A stretch of DNA of 64,000 nucleotides from Lepidodermella squamata (taxonomy: Eukaryota > Animalia > Gastrotricha). Below the pieces are notes generated by a model. The model saw nothing but the letters and a program-made list of their open reading frames with translations. It did not search any database and had not been told where the DNA came from. Within the stretch, counting starts at the first letter, position 1; the number at the start of each line of letters is the position of its first letter. This document shows positions 23,501 through 35,817 of the stretch, in pieces. The stretch lies in assembly GCA_047495785.1 (NCBI GenBank), contig JBLDXI010000015.1, forward strand, positions 992,001 to 1,056,000, read 5' to 3'. The position numbers were made by a program, and so were the translations under genes.

Positions 23501-25459
23501 CTCTAAAGAAGACGATTCGTTCTACACGAACAAAACTGAGCTTTACGTCATACTTGGCTTCTTCCTGCTCTACCTTATCGGGCACATTCTATTCGCAGCC
23601 TTCGTCTACATCCACGCCTGGAAACGGCGCCTTCAAATGTCGCAGAAGGACCGCGAATTTCGAGTACGTTCCCATCTTCGCAAGCTTTGTCCAAAATAGA
23701 AGGGAGACCAGATAGAAAGCGAAAAATTGAAGACCAAAGAAGACAAAAACGCGCTTTGATTAATCAAATTTTATGTTGCTTTTTTTATTTTCAAATTTCC
23801 ACCACCCAACTGCCATTCCTAAAACCGCGCTGCTACCTTTTCAACCAACTAAGTTTCCGTAACCCATTGATTTTGAACAACTAACACTGCTGCTGTTTCA
23901 AACGACCCTGTGTTTCCACCCTTTCTGTATGAATCATTGTTCGGCTATATTATAGTTATACGTCGGTGCGAAGCTACTGCAACAAGTAGCGTCTATGAGT
24001 AAACGTAGACGCTAAATCGTTAACTGCTGTGTAGGAGATGGCTATATAAAATGGTAACACGTCGTGATGTGCCGCAATTTTAATTCATTAAAAAATCACT
24101 CGGTTGCCGAATGGATGGCCTACGTTTATTTTTTTGCGCCAATTTATCCACCTAATTTTTTTGTTTAATCAGACAATGACATTTTATAGCCGGTTAATGA
24201 CGCTCTTCTGATCAACAAATGCTTGGAAATAATTTTTCCGCATTGCGTTTAAATTTAGTTGCCATTTTTTTAAACAGTTGTTACGATGAATTTGGAAATA
24301 TTCAGCTTTGCTTATTAATCTCTAACAGGATCTATTTTGCAACATGAACAATTTTCAAAATTCAAAGGTGGGGCTAGATAGTCGAGGATAATCTGTAGAC
24401 CCCAATGATTGGCATGGTTTCATAATTAAATTTTTATAGGTGATAGGGTTATGCCGTTTCTAGAAAAACACTCATATGTAAAGAGAGTTAATGGCATTTG
24501 CAACTAAGTCCCCCCATTTTTGAACGCCTGCCCCCATTCACGCCACATGCATTAGATGTGGTGGGTCCATTTAAGGATAGCGAACCTGATCTTTTGGGTA
24601 GCGCATGTTAAGCGAAATACCCCTTCATTTTCAAAGATTCGAATTTTGAATCTTGATATGCTACATATTTTTGAAAATCATGTTATTTGCAAATTCGTAA
24701 AACTTTGGTTTTCAGGTTCCAAAGCCTGGGGCAAAATTGGGCGAATTTAACTGGAATTTTCTGGGGCTCGGCTTGCCATTATTATATTTCATCAGTTACC
24801 AAACAAACGAAGGCAATACAATGAAAACAGACCATGAAGTCTTTAATCGATTTCTTGAAACTTGGATTAAAATTTCCCGATAAATAATCCATAAGTTACA
24901 GAATCATCAAGTTTCAGGTTTTTCGGAGATTCTCAGCAATTCGTATTTTCTTTCGGTGACATTACAGGAGAAGAGTCGCTTTCGTTTCTTACGAATTTTT
25001 TTATTTAAAGCTAATAGCGAAAATTATGGAGCACGCTGTAATTGGGCTAAAGGAAGCATTTTTGTTTGAAACGTGATTTTTGTGACAGTGCTTTTTTAAC
25101 AGTCTTTTTTGAGCATTTTCTTGCCAAATTCGTCATTACAAACTTTTTACGCACAGGCACGGGCTGAATTTTACGGCGCTGGCACTTCAAGTCGGGACGC
25201 TGATCATCACCATTCGCAGCAAAAAAGCCATCACCATCAACAGCAGCATCATCACCATCAGCAACGCCACAGCAAAAACATCAGCAACGACCAGTATTCC
25301 GGCGCATCGGCAACTTCGGACACGTTGAAGGACATGAGCAGTAGGGCGCCGTTGACTGGCCTAGCTGCCTTGCAACAACTGCAACAGCCATCTCACCACT
25401 CGCCGCCTGCCTACGGCAATCCTATCAACAACAACCGGTCGCCGAGCAGGAGAAATTGA
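17550..25459 (+). CDS. Cys-less pentameric ligand-gated ion channel subunit 1 (exons 17550-18053 and/or 21331-21759; 22047-22277; 22329-22853; 23268-23663; 25157-25459)
   Basis: VEVRVVFLKIGEIDT, ADVYIQSRWREP, LWSPCLYIEN, Pro-loop LQNFPLDVQDL without cysteines, QEW, pre-M1 RAARRPG, four TM helices with LPKISYLTYMDKY. All junctions are phase 0 GT-AG; the 5' exons are less certain. Confidence 0.88.
21867..23221. promoter_or_regulatory. Intronic cluster of ~14 RFX/X-box-like motifs
   Basis: GTCTCCATAGCAAC at 21867 matches GTHNYYATRRNAAC exactly. GTTGCTA(A/G/T)GG or its complement recurs at 21882, 21909, 21942, 21967, 21988, 22014, 22871, 22897, 22984, 23075, 23101, 23183 and 23208. Confidence 0.65.
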
Positions 25460-26327
25460 GCGAAACTGCCAACTTCAGGTGCTTCTTACCGTTATAGCAG
25501 ACACACAGCCATTTACCTGGTGACAAGTGAAAATTGCGTTAGAGTTTAGGGCAATCGATCGCAATTAGAGGGCAATCGATCGCCCGCAGATCAAAGCTCA
25601 TTGTCAAAGGATTCTCGTTTTACAAGAGGCTTATAGGCTAGCAGGATTCTGGGGATTCTCTTCCAAAGATCGATTTCCTATAAAATTTTTAGGAGCGATT
25701 GTCTACTATCAATTTCGGAGCAGGAAAAGATTCAAACTTCAGCAAAGTTCGAAAGTAGGGAGTAGCAATTTGATGGCTAGTTCTGAGCATCTTTAAAATT
25801 TCACTTGCCACCGGGCATACTACTGCTTCTCTTGAGATATGAAAAAACACACAGCCGCTTCCGATTGTATGTACGATTATATATATTTTCTCTGTATATA
25901 TAGGATGTAAATATTCATGCTGTCAAATTGTTTATCATTGTGCCTGATTATTCATATTTGCATTGAGCTACTTAACCCTGTGTGCATGAAAGCGCTATTA
26001 CACCTGTGCAGTTCCAGTAGTTGTCGCTTTAGTGCCAGAGCTTTTCAATATTACTATTATTCGATATTATTATTATAATTGATGATATTTTTAAAAATTG
26101 AGCGCGCCGTTCATTATTAAAAACGTATGCGCTGATTCTCTGAAGGTTTCGGGCCGAATTAAATGATATTCTGCATACTTTTTGTATAATTGCGAATAAA
26201 ATCACGAATGAGAACTGCCCGAGTACTTCAAGGTCATTCTTTTCCTCAGACGGATTAATCAGCCTGATTAGTAATTAAAAATCGCGACTCAGTCCACTCC
26301 TCGGTCAGTTCGTGTAATTTGTCCGCT

Positions 26328-28544
26328 ATGTCCTTGATCGGAACTATGCTCAAGTCAAAATCGAACTTGATCGCACCTATAATTCCTGAAAATTTCGCAG
26401 CTGGTAGATCGGATACCGAAGCCGAAGGTAAGAGCCCCGCGCCAAGCAGTAAAAAATCACGCCGGAAAGGTGCTGCAGTGACGTCAGATAAAATTCGCCG
26501 GCCTTTCAAAACCATAATCGAAATTCGGGTGGTTTTCCTTAAAATTGGTGAAATCGACACCTTAAAAGAGGTTAGCCCTTATTTTTGTTTCGAGCCTTAT
26601 ATTTCAAAGCTCTTAACAGCAATATTCGGCTGATTTATTCATTCAATCTCGCTGGCGCGAACCGTCTCTTGACGGCAAAACTCAGGACGAAGTGAACCAA
26701 ATCGATCTGATGAAGCTGTGGTCCCCAAATCTTTACATCGAAAACATCTTACAGGAGCAGAAGGACTCTAGCATGCGAAGTGCGAGTGTTGACAGTGAAA
26801 GCGGCGAGGTTCATGTCACAGATCGCCGGAAACTTCGCGGCGTTTTCCTGGAGAACCTTGAACTCTACACTTTTCCGTTCGACATTCAGGATTTGTCGAT
26901 AACGATTGTTTCTGAACGAACGGAGAATGAAGTCGAGTTGGTTCTCGATGAGGAAGAACCGAGTTCTGTCTACGTCGGAGCCTTCGCCGATGCTCAGGAG
27001 TGGCTTTTGTACAGAAGGGTTGAAGTTATTAAGAAAAGCATCCAGATGGAAATGAGCTCGCAACAACGGCCTCAATCTGCCCTAACAGTCATGTGCCGAG
27101 CAGCTCGACGGCCTGGCTACTTCCTTTTCAATGTCTACCTCGTTTTAGTAAGTCAGGATTACCTGAATTAAGTTGATTATTCTGTTGATCCATTTAGTTT
27201 TTCATCGGATCCGTGTCATTTGGTACCTTCCAAATCGACTGTAGCCTACCGCAAAATCGGCTCGCCCTTAGCTTCACACTGCTTCTCACCTCGATCGCTT
27301 TCAAAATGGTCATTAATCAAAGCCTGCCTAAAATTTCTTATCTGACCTATCTGGACAAGTATGTACTCACATCCTTGGTTTTCCTTGTTTCGCTCATCAC
27401 TTGGCATTCGTTCGTTCCGTCGTTGCTCGAGAATGATGCGGATGCGGCAAGGTTTGAGGCCGCCGTAGAGATTTACGTGCTGATAGGGTTCGGCGGGCTC
27501 TTCGTGGCCGGTCATTTGTTATTTGCGGCTTTCGTCTACTTCACAGTTTGGCAGAAACGGATTAGAATGGCTGCGTTGGATAAAGAATTCGAGGTAAGCT
27601 GTGTTGAAGTTATAAACACCAAAAATGGTAATCATCACTGCTATGCGATTGCAAGGAAACAGAATTTTAAATTCAGTTCAAATTCTGAAAAGTATAAGTA
27701 CTATCGGATTTGTTCACAATTAGTGTTGATCAATTTTGAGGAAAATCGTAGAGAATGAATCCAAAATGCTGTTGACAGTGGTGGGGTCCGAATTCCGCCC
27801 ATAGCTTCGCGCTCGAGCCGCTTTGAAACATGCCCGTATGCAGTGTTTACTGTGAATTTAACAAATTCGATAGATTCACGCTTCACCGCACACGGGCCGG
27901 CCAAGGTGTTGGTCTAAGCTCGGAGGAGAACAATGGGACCCAGCGCTATTGTTCAGCCGGGCACGGGTCTCTGGAATTGGGCCGCCGGGCTTGGGCCTCC
28001 TACAACAAACGCCCTACCCAATAGCTGTATGAAGTCCCAGCCAACAGCCGGCAGCCCGAGAGCAGCTCGAGCCCCAACAAAAGCAATAGCGAAATGAAGT
28101 ATCATGCCTGATGTGACATCTCGGAACTCGGAAGAACCCGAAAACTCAAAAGAATTGCTTTAGGGCCAATGTGATATCAAACGACCTAATTTTCCGATAG
28201 TTTTGGGGAAGAAAACCAATTTTATCCTTATCGAAAATGCTCAATTTTCGCCTATTTCGGGGTTTTGCTAATAGATTTGCCACTTGTCATACTTTTCACC
28301 GCAGAAGTTTTCTGTTGAATATTTCCGCAACGACTTTCTCATTATATCTTCGCCAAATGCAAAGCTTTTGAAATTTTGTTAGGCTCATCAACGTCCATCA
28401 ACTCGGCGCGAAAGCCTTCGATCGAACATGTCGGCCCCGGTGGCAACCACCGTCAGCAGCGTGAACATAATGATGAACGACGGCGAAACGCAATTGGGCC
28501 GCCCACTACGTGATATTGTACCGTCAACCATAGCGAGCGAATGA
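26328..28544 (+). CDS. Cys-less pLGIC subunit 2 (26328-26570; 26620-27147; 27198-27593; 28383-28544)
   Basis: Same motifs (LYTFPFDIQDL; DCSLPQNRLALSFTLLLT) and intron positions as subunit 1. Confidence 0.9.
27786..28080. mobile_element. Partial copy of the 975-1551 foldback element in intron 3 of subunit 2
   Basis: Shares AATTTAACAAATTC.ATAGATTCACGCTTCAC with the arms, and the spacer in reverse orientation (CCTACAAC.AACGCCCTAC…GAAGTCCCAGC). Confidence 0.75.
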
Positions 28545-28775
28545 TTGATTATTATCGTGCAGCCGTCCGCTTTTAATGTGAATGTCAATATTATGCCCCG
28601 CTTCGTATTTACGTGTGGCTTGCGTGTCTCGTAATAAATTGAAAGCTTTTAATGAACATTCGCGCGTTGATTGCTAGTAAAACAATTGCCAATTTCCATG
28701 TCATTGTTTAATCTGTCAATTGCATGATTTCCGCCGTTTCTTGCCAGTACACAATTTGATCTTTTTTACGCGGCT

Positions 28776-31321
28776 ATGAAAGACTGGGGTGAGCTAATGC
28801 AAGCAGCGGGTGTTGCCGGTCTTGTTTCACCCATCGGCATGCTTCGCAATAAAATGCGAACCAACCATGCTGCTAACGGATCTCGCCGTGGCTTTTTCCT
28901 GCCTATCGATGAAAAGGCTAAACGAGAGGCGAAAACAACTGTCGAGATTCGTGTGACCTTCCTAAAAATCGGGGAAATCGATACTTTGAAAGAGGTAATA
29001 ACTCCTAAGAATTTTCGACCTTCAACATTCTACAATCTTGATTTCCAAGCAATACTCGGCCGACGTTTTCATTCAAGCTCGATGGCGAGAGCCACTTTTG
29101 GATGGGAAAACCGAGCAAGAGCTGAATTCAATCAACTTCACCCAGTTATGGTCACCGTCGCTTTACATCGAGAACGTTCTCTCGGAACAGAAGGACTCCA
29201 CCTGGCAAATGGCGGCTCTTGACGAGCAGGATGAAGCATATGTAATCGAGCGGCGTAAAGTTCGAGCTTCGTTCCTCGAAAACCTCGAACTGCAAAACTT
29301 CCCGTTCGACGTACAAGACTTGTCGATTACAATAGTCTCTGAGCGAATTTCCGATGAAGTTGAGCTGGTTGAGGATGAAGCTGATCCTAGTTCGGTCTAC
29401 GTCGGGTCTTTTGCCGACGAACAGGAGTGGAAGTTGTACCAGCATGTGGATGTTACGACGAAGATGGTTCAGATTGATATCGGCTCGCAGCAACGAAAGC
29501 ATTCGGCAGTTCAAGTTACGTGCAGGGCAGCTCGCAGGACGGGCTACTTCTTCTACAACGTATTTCCCGTTTTGGTGGGTGATACGCTAGATTAACTGCA
29601 AAGCCTATACGGAGTTATTTAAAACTTTGTAGAAGGGTGTTAGGGGGATATCAAACTTCAAGAAGTGATTTGTCTTGCATGGTCTTGCATGGTGAAGTGC
29701 ATGGTTACAACCGAAAATTATACACAATATATTTGTTAAGGTTTTCAGTTGTCACTAATTGCCGACATATCTCTTACAGCTGAAATGTGGCTGTGTGGAG
29801 GAGTTGTTTCCCAAGATTCGAGATTTTCAGGACTCATCCTCTTCGGTTCACATGAATTAGATATAAATTTTCCATTAGCCATTAGATTAGCCATTTCGCA
29901 ACCATTTTTTAGAACCCTGCTAAATAGTGATTTCAACCAAGTTGATTCAGGGACCATAGATAACAGAGGTCACTACAGTCTCTCTGTCCGGGACAATATT
30001 TTTTCACATTTCACGTTCATTTAAAAATATAACAACTGAAACATTGTCAATATTAATACGCAAATATCCCGATTTATTTGTCAGAAAAAAATCAACTTAG
30101 TACAGCAAATGCATCTCGGGTCTTATTGATTTCTATCAAGAAGGAATTGCTGCATTGCATGTTTTCATCTTTTTGAAGTTCGGTTCAACGGATGGCAGTT
30201 ACGCTGGGGGATTTTTCGATAAAAATAGGAGCATTGCTCCTTAGAGAATAGTTCTTAGAATGGTCTCTATTATGATAATGTATTATGTACCATTTTATTT
30301 TTATACCTATATATTACTCGTTTGACCTATTTAAATTTTCCCGCTTTCCCGTCACATGCATGGCGGGCCATATAAAAGCTATCAGACCAGTGCAGACTTT
30401 TTGGAATAAGGCTCACTTTTGGCCTTATGTGGCGAAGTAATTTGCGGTGAGACGATGGGCAAGAAAAGTCACCGTTTTTACTTACTTTTCTGATGGAATA
30501 GAGTGACACCAAAAGTGCCATGTTTCCCGACTGGCGACTAGTGCCAACTCAAATCTCCACTCGCCAACAATCAAACCATTCGAATCCTCTTGTTACCTAG
30601 CATTTAGAATTAGATAATTAGTCTAGGATTCGCTGATGAAAATGCGACTTATTTTCTGAATCTGAAATATGAAATTGATATACTTCTTGTAGTTCTTCAT
30701 CTGTGCTGTGTCATTCGGCACCTTCCAAATCGAATGTACCTTACCGCAAAACCGCCTGCAGCTGACGTTCACGCTGCTGCTAACATCAATCGCCTTCAAG
30801 ATGGTCATCAATCAAAACCTTCCGAAAATCTCCTACCTAACCTACATGGACGTCTACGTCCTGTTGTCACTGCTCTTCCTCGTCCTCATGTGTGCTTGGC
30901 ATTCGATAGTTCCCATGATTTCTACTTTGCACGATAACAACCCTGAAGTTATGTTCGCTATTGAAGTCGCTGCAGTCACTGGATTTTTGGCCGTCTACGT
31001 TCTGGCCCATGTCGTTTTTGGTGCAATTGTCTACGTCAAAGCCTGGCGACGTAGGTTGGCAATGAGTCAGAAAGACAAAATTCTCAAGGTTTTAGCATTT
31101 TCACCCACATTTTACGGCTGAATTATGAGATTTTTTTCTAGACAAGGGCGCAACTTGAAATGGTGCTAGCTGATGGCGTTACGAGCATTTCAAAACGGCA
31201 TCGAGCAAGTCAAAAGGGGAAGCAGTCTATCAGTTTCACCATTGCTTCTATGAATGACGAAGACGCTTGCAGTCACGCTTCCTCGCATCACGCGCTTCAC
31301 AGTGTTATGGTTGCCGCATGA
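28776..31321 (+). CDS. Cys-less pLGIC subunit 3 (28776-28994; 29050-29574; 30693-31088; 31142-31321)
   Basis: LQNFPFDVQDL, ECTLPQNRLQLTFTLLLT; conserved phase-0 introns. Confidence 0.9.
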
Positions 31322-31738
31322 ATAATACTTCTTATTATATCGATCACTCAATTTTCCGAAAAATCACATCTATTTTATTGAATAAAAGCCGGGATAAGCC
31401 ACAGGTCTATTATCTTACTGCATATGAGGCCGGATATCAAGACTGGAGAAAGGCTCGCATGAATTGCGAAGGATTTCCTGTGATCATGCCAGCCGCAAAA
31501 CGCAGGCGAGGCATAACAAAAAAATACATCTTGATATCCCTTATAATTAAATGAGCATCGTGCTGTGCATTAGCAGCCGTGTGCATTGATGAAAAAAATC
31601 CACCGCGCATCAGTCTTTATACGATATTCCTTCTAATTCTGGTCGAATAAAACATATTTTGGCTTGCATCATAGCCATAATTAGTTGATAATCTTCAATC
31701 GCTACCTGATTGGAATTAAAAAACGGTGACTCGTTCGA

Positions 31739-33818
31739 ATGACGACGACTAATGTAAAATATTCGCTGGCGAACATGAGTGCGCTGGCGCAGGTCGCTAG
31801 ATCACTGGCTCCTATTGGCTTGGCACAGCGAAAGCTCACACCCAGACCTACTAGCATTGGCCCGAGACCTTCGAGCGCTGGACGCCGCGCAAGTTTCATG
31901 GCTGGGGAGCGAATGAAACGGAACATTAAAACTGTTGTCAGCATACGCGTTGTTTTCCTGAAAATCGGTGAAATCGATACTCTGAAAGAGGTAAGCTCCC
32001 TTCCAATCTGCAAATTAAGGGGAATACTCCTCAAATTACTGGGCGTTGTACAAATTTATTCTCTAAAATCACATTGAAATTAAAAAATTCAAACTGTACA
32101 GTTTTCGAGGTTAAAATAATTCCTGTGTTCCCATTACACTATTCAGCCTACTTCTTATTTTTCAGCAATATTCCGCTGATATCTATATCCAATCCCGTTG
32201 GAGAGAGCCACTTCTCGATGGCAAACCCGAGGCCGAGTTGCAGATAGCCGACTACCCACGATTATGGAACCCAAATCTGTATTGCGAGAACGTTTTATCG
32301 GAGCAAAAAGACAGCTCGTGGCACGTCGGTGTTTTGGACGAGCGAGGCGAGGCTTATGTCATCGAACGGCGTAAATTGCGTGGGACATTTTTCGAGAATC
32401 TCGAGCTGCAAAATTTTCCGTTCGACGTGCAAGACTTGTCGGTGAGCGTTGTCTCGGAGAAGGAGACCAGCGAGGTGGAACTTGTGCCGGATGACGATGA
32501 GCCGAGTTCGGTCTACGTCGGCGCGTTTGCTGACGAGCAGGAATGGCGGTTGTACGAGCATGTTGAAACGGCGAACAAAACGGTTAGCGTCGAGCTAGGC
32601 AGCGATAACAAGCAGCATTCCGGTATTCAAGTGACTTGCAGAGCTGCGCGGAGACCCGGTTATTTCTACTACAACATTTTCCCAGTTTTGGTAAGCTATA
32701 ACTTTTAGCTCGATGATAAATTTGCGGCGTTTCGAAAATTAAATGGAAAGTCAGATGATGCGGACGGGAGCCGAGGAGAACTAACATTGGAACCAAAAGC
32801 TAAAATATCCTACTTTCAATATGTTGATGGTTTATCGTACTAAGATTTGGGCTTAAGAAGTTCCAGTGCTGAATTTTAGCATTCTGCCTCTATATAACCT
32901 AGCCTTTGGTCCCTTCAACTTTTACTCACCTATATCTCTTAATAAGATATGATTTGATTTGGAGCCTAAATCCTTCAATCAATAATGTCCCACTTTTAGG
33001 AGACTATATCTATCAATTCAAATCACCGACTGTGATAAAGCATAAAAGATCCTTGGAATTGGAGTTTCCTAACAGAGTGAAGAGTGATCATAACATTCAG
33101 GTGTGGATAATATTTTGGATCAACGGGATTTTGGGGTTTGTTGAGTGCCACATTATTTGCCCTTGGGAACTGAATATTGAGACATTTTCAAGCCTAATTT
33201 TACCGCTTTATCTTTCAGTTTTTCATTTGCGCCGTTTCTTTCGGAACCTTTCAAATCGACAGCGCATTGCCACAAAACCGGCTTCAGCTAACCTTCACCC
33301 TGTTGCTGACTTCAATCGCCTTCAAAATGGTCATCAACCAAGCTCTGCCTAAAATATCCTACCTTACCTACATGGATATTTACGTGTTAATGTCTCTACT
33401 ATTTCTTGTGCTATTATGCGCCTGGCACTCGATAGTTCCTATGCTAACGTTCTTCAAAGGCAGTATCTTATTCGACCCTACAAATGTTGAAATCTACGTA
33501 GTTCTAGGATTTTTCCTGCTATTCCTATTCGGTCATTTGCTCTTCGTCGTTGCTGTATATAATCGAGCGTTTAAACGGCGTCTTTTGATGGCGCATAAGG
33601 ATCGAGATTACAAAAAGTCCGTCTCAGAACTGCAATGTGTCGTCGTTGATCCAGCTTCACAAGCTGATGGCGGGAAAGGACGGCGATCAAGCCGCTTCAA
33701 AACCGTCAACAGCCGCTTTTTGTCGAGCATTCAGGCTGATACTAGCGACGAAGGTCTTGCAACTGTGCACAGTGTAGCTTCTAACATGGCCATGCATAAT
33801 GCCGTATTTGGAAATTAG
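31739..33818 (+). CDS. Cys-less pLGIC subunit 4 (31739-31990; 32166-32690; 33219-33818)
   Basis: LQNFPFDVQDL, DSALPQNRLQLTF; lacks the post-M4 intron. Confidence 0.9.
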
Positions 33819-33962
33819 TATTATTCATAATAAAGCCATAATTAGTACTGTATTACTGTATTGGATATTTTAATAAAGCCGGATGAGTGCAAAGTCTGCA
33901 ATGTTAATCCACCGCTGCAGGGTGGCTCGATATGCGTTTTGAAAATCATTCTTGTCAAGAAA

Positions 33963-35687
33963 ATGCAAAATCCACCATCGGAAAATCCTGCTACTTCACC
34001 ATGGGGTCTGCTGCCCTTGTCTCCGGTCACTAAAGGGGCCCATCCGCCTCCTCCAACTCCAAGCAGGTCAGAAAGTGCTGACCTGAGATCACCGTCAGGG
34101 CTAGCTAAGCGCCACCTAACCCCTCTCGAGCTGTCGAAACGCTCTGGGAAAACATTGGTCGAGGTTCGAGTCGTATTTTTCAAACTAGGCGAAATCGACA
34201 CTGTTAAGGAGGTTTGAAAAACGCCTCTTTCCATCAAATCCGTGATATTTTGTATATCTATAGCAATTTTCTGCTGATATTTTAATTCAAACTCGGTGGC
34301 GAGAGCCGCTGCTGGATCAAAGGACTGAGTTCGATATCGAAGGATGTGATTTATCAAAGCTATGGAGCCCTCTCCTCTATATTGAAAACGCGTTGGTTGA
34401 GAGTAAGGATACCAGCTCGAAATCGGCGGCTGTCGACGAATCTGGAGCTGCTTGGGTTTTCGAACAGCGTAAAGTGCGTGGCAACTACCTGGAAAATCTC
34501 GAACTACAAGACTTCCCATTCGACGTTCAAGATCTCTCGGTGACCGTTGTATCAGAGAGGCCTGATACGGAGGTAGAGCTAATTCCGGATGCTGAAGACC
34601 CAAGTTCTATCTACGTCGGCGCATTTGCGGACGAACAGGAGTGGAGGCTGTACAAACATGTCGAGGTTCAGCGAAAATTCGTGAAGATCGAGCATGGCAG
34701 GCGGAAGAGGCAACATTCGGCCCTTCAAGTTACGTGTAGAGCCGCCCGGAGGCCTGGCTTCTTTTTCTACAACGTTTTCTTCGTGTTGGTGAGTAAATCT
34801 ATTGCAGACAGTTGTAGGCTACTTTCGAATTTATGTCTAAGGTATGTAGGTGGGGATGTTTCAACCCCTCGACGAGTTTCCATAAGAAGCTTGCTCTGTT
34901 TCTCCACCGATGTGCATATTTAGGCTGATTTAAACTTCCAGTCTCTCGAATTTTAACAAATTTGTGTCTAAGGTATGCACAAATGTATCGAAGGAGTAAT
35001 ATACGAGCGTTTTTCATTGCGTTGTCGGGTACATTATGTCCCTTGTGGTCTCCATTCTCCAATGATCTAGGAATTACTGAATTAGTCTAACGTATGAATC
35101 GGGTAATATCTGCGTTACGCAGCCTTTTTTAAATCTCCTTCCATCTATTTATTGTGATAACTTCTTCTTTCCAGTTTCTAATCACTTTCGCATCATTCGG
35201 CACATTTTCAGTTGATTGCAGCTTGCCTCAGAATCGGCTTCAGCTGAGTTTCACAACCATGCTAATCTTAGTGGCGTTCAAGATCGCCGTTAACCAATCG
35301 CTTCCAAAGATCTCTTATCTCACTTATACCGACGCTTACGTGCTCGCTTCCTTATGTTACATCGTCCTGTTATGTGTTTGGCACACGATAGCTTCCCAAA
35401 TTTGTCCCATCGAAAGGTTGCACTCGGCAAATGTCGACGTGGAGGTTTACGTTGTAGTAGCCTTTGCGGCGTTCTACATACTCTGGCATGCTGTTTTCGC
35501 CCTCGTCGTCTACACTCGAGCATGGCCTCGGAGGAACTTCATGGCTTTAAGGGAGCATGAGCTATTTCAGGCAAGTTTTTTACGGCAAGCCCATCAACTC
35601 ATTTTTGCTTATTCTTCTTTTATCAAGGATGGCTCTTCAATAGCATCTTCACCCTTCAGCGTTGTATCTGCGGATTTGAAGTATTGA
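33963..35687 (+). CDS. Cys-less pLGIC subunit 5 (33963-34211; 34264-34788; 35175-35570; 35628-35687)
   Basis: LQDFPFDVQDL, DCSLPQNRLQLSFTTML; the last intron is probably GC-AG. Confidence 0.88.
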
Positions 35688-35817
35688 TCGATACGAAATA
35701 ATTATAGAATAAAAAAGACGAATTTTGCGCAACTTTTTTTTAATAAAAATGATCCAAGATAATCCTGACTGATAGCGTCTAATTATACACCTGGACTCCC
35801 CTCGCTTGCCTATAGCA

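Noticed and set aside
33842-34603. 253-aa minus-strand ORF and other antisense ORFs over pLGIC and GT15 exons
   Set aside because: They overlap well-supported genes on the opposite strand and carry no independent motifs.
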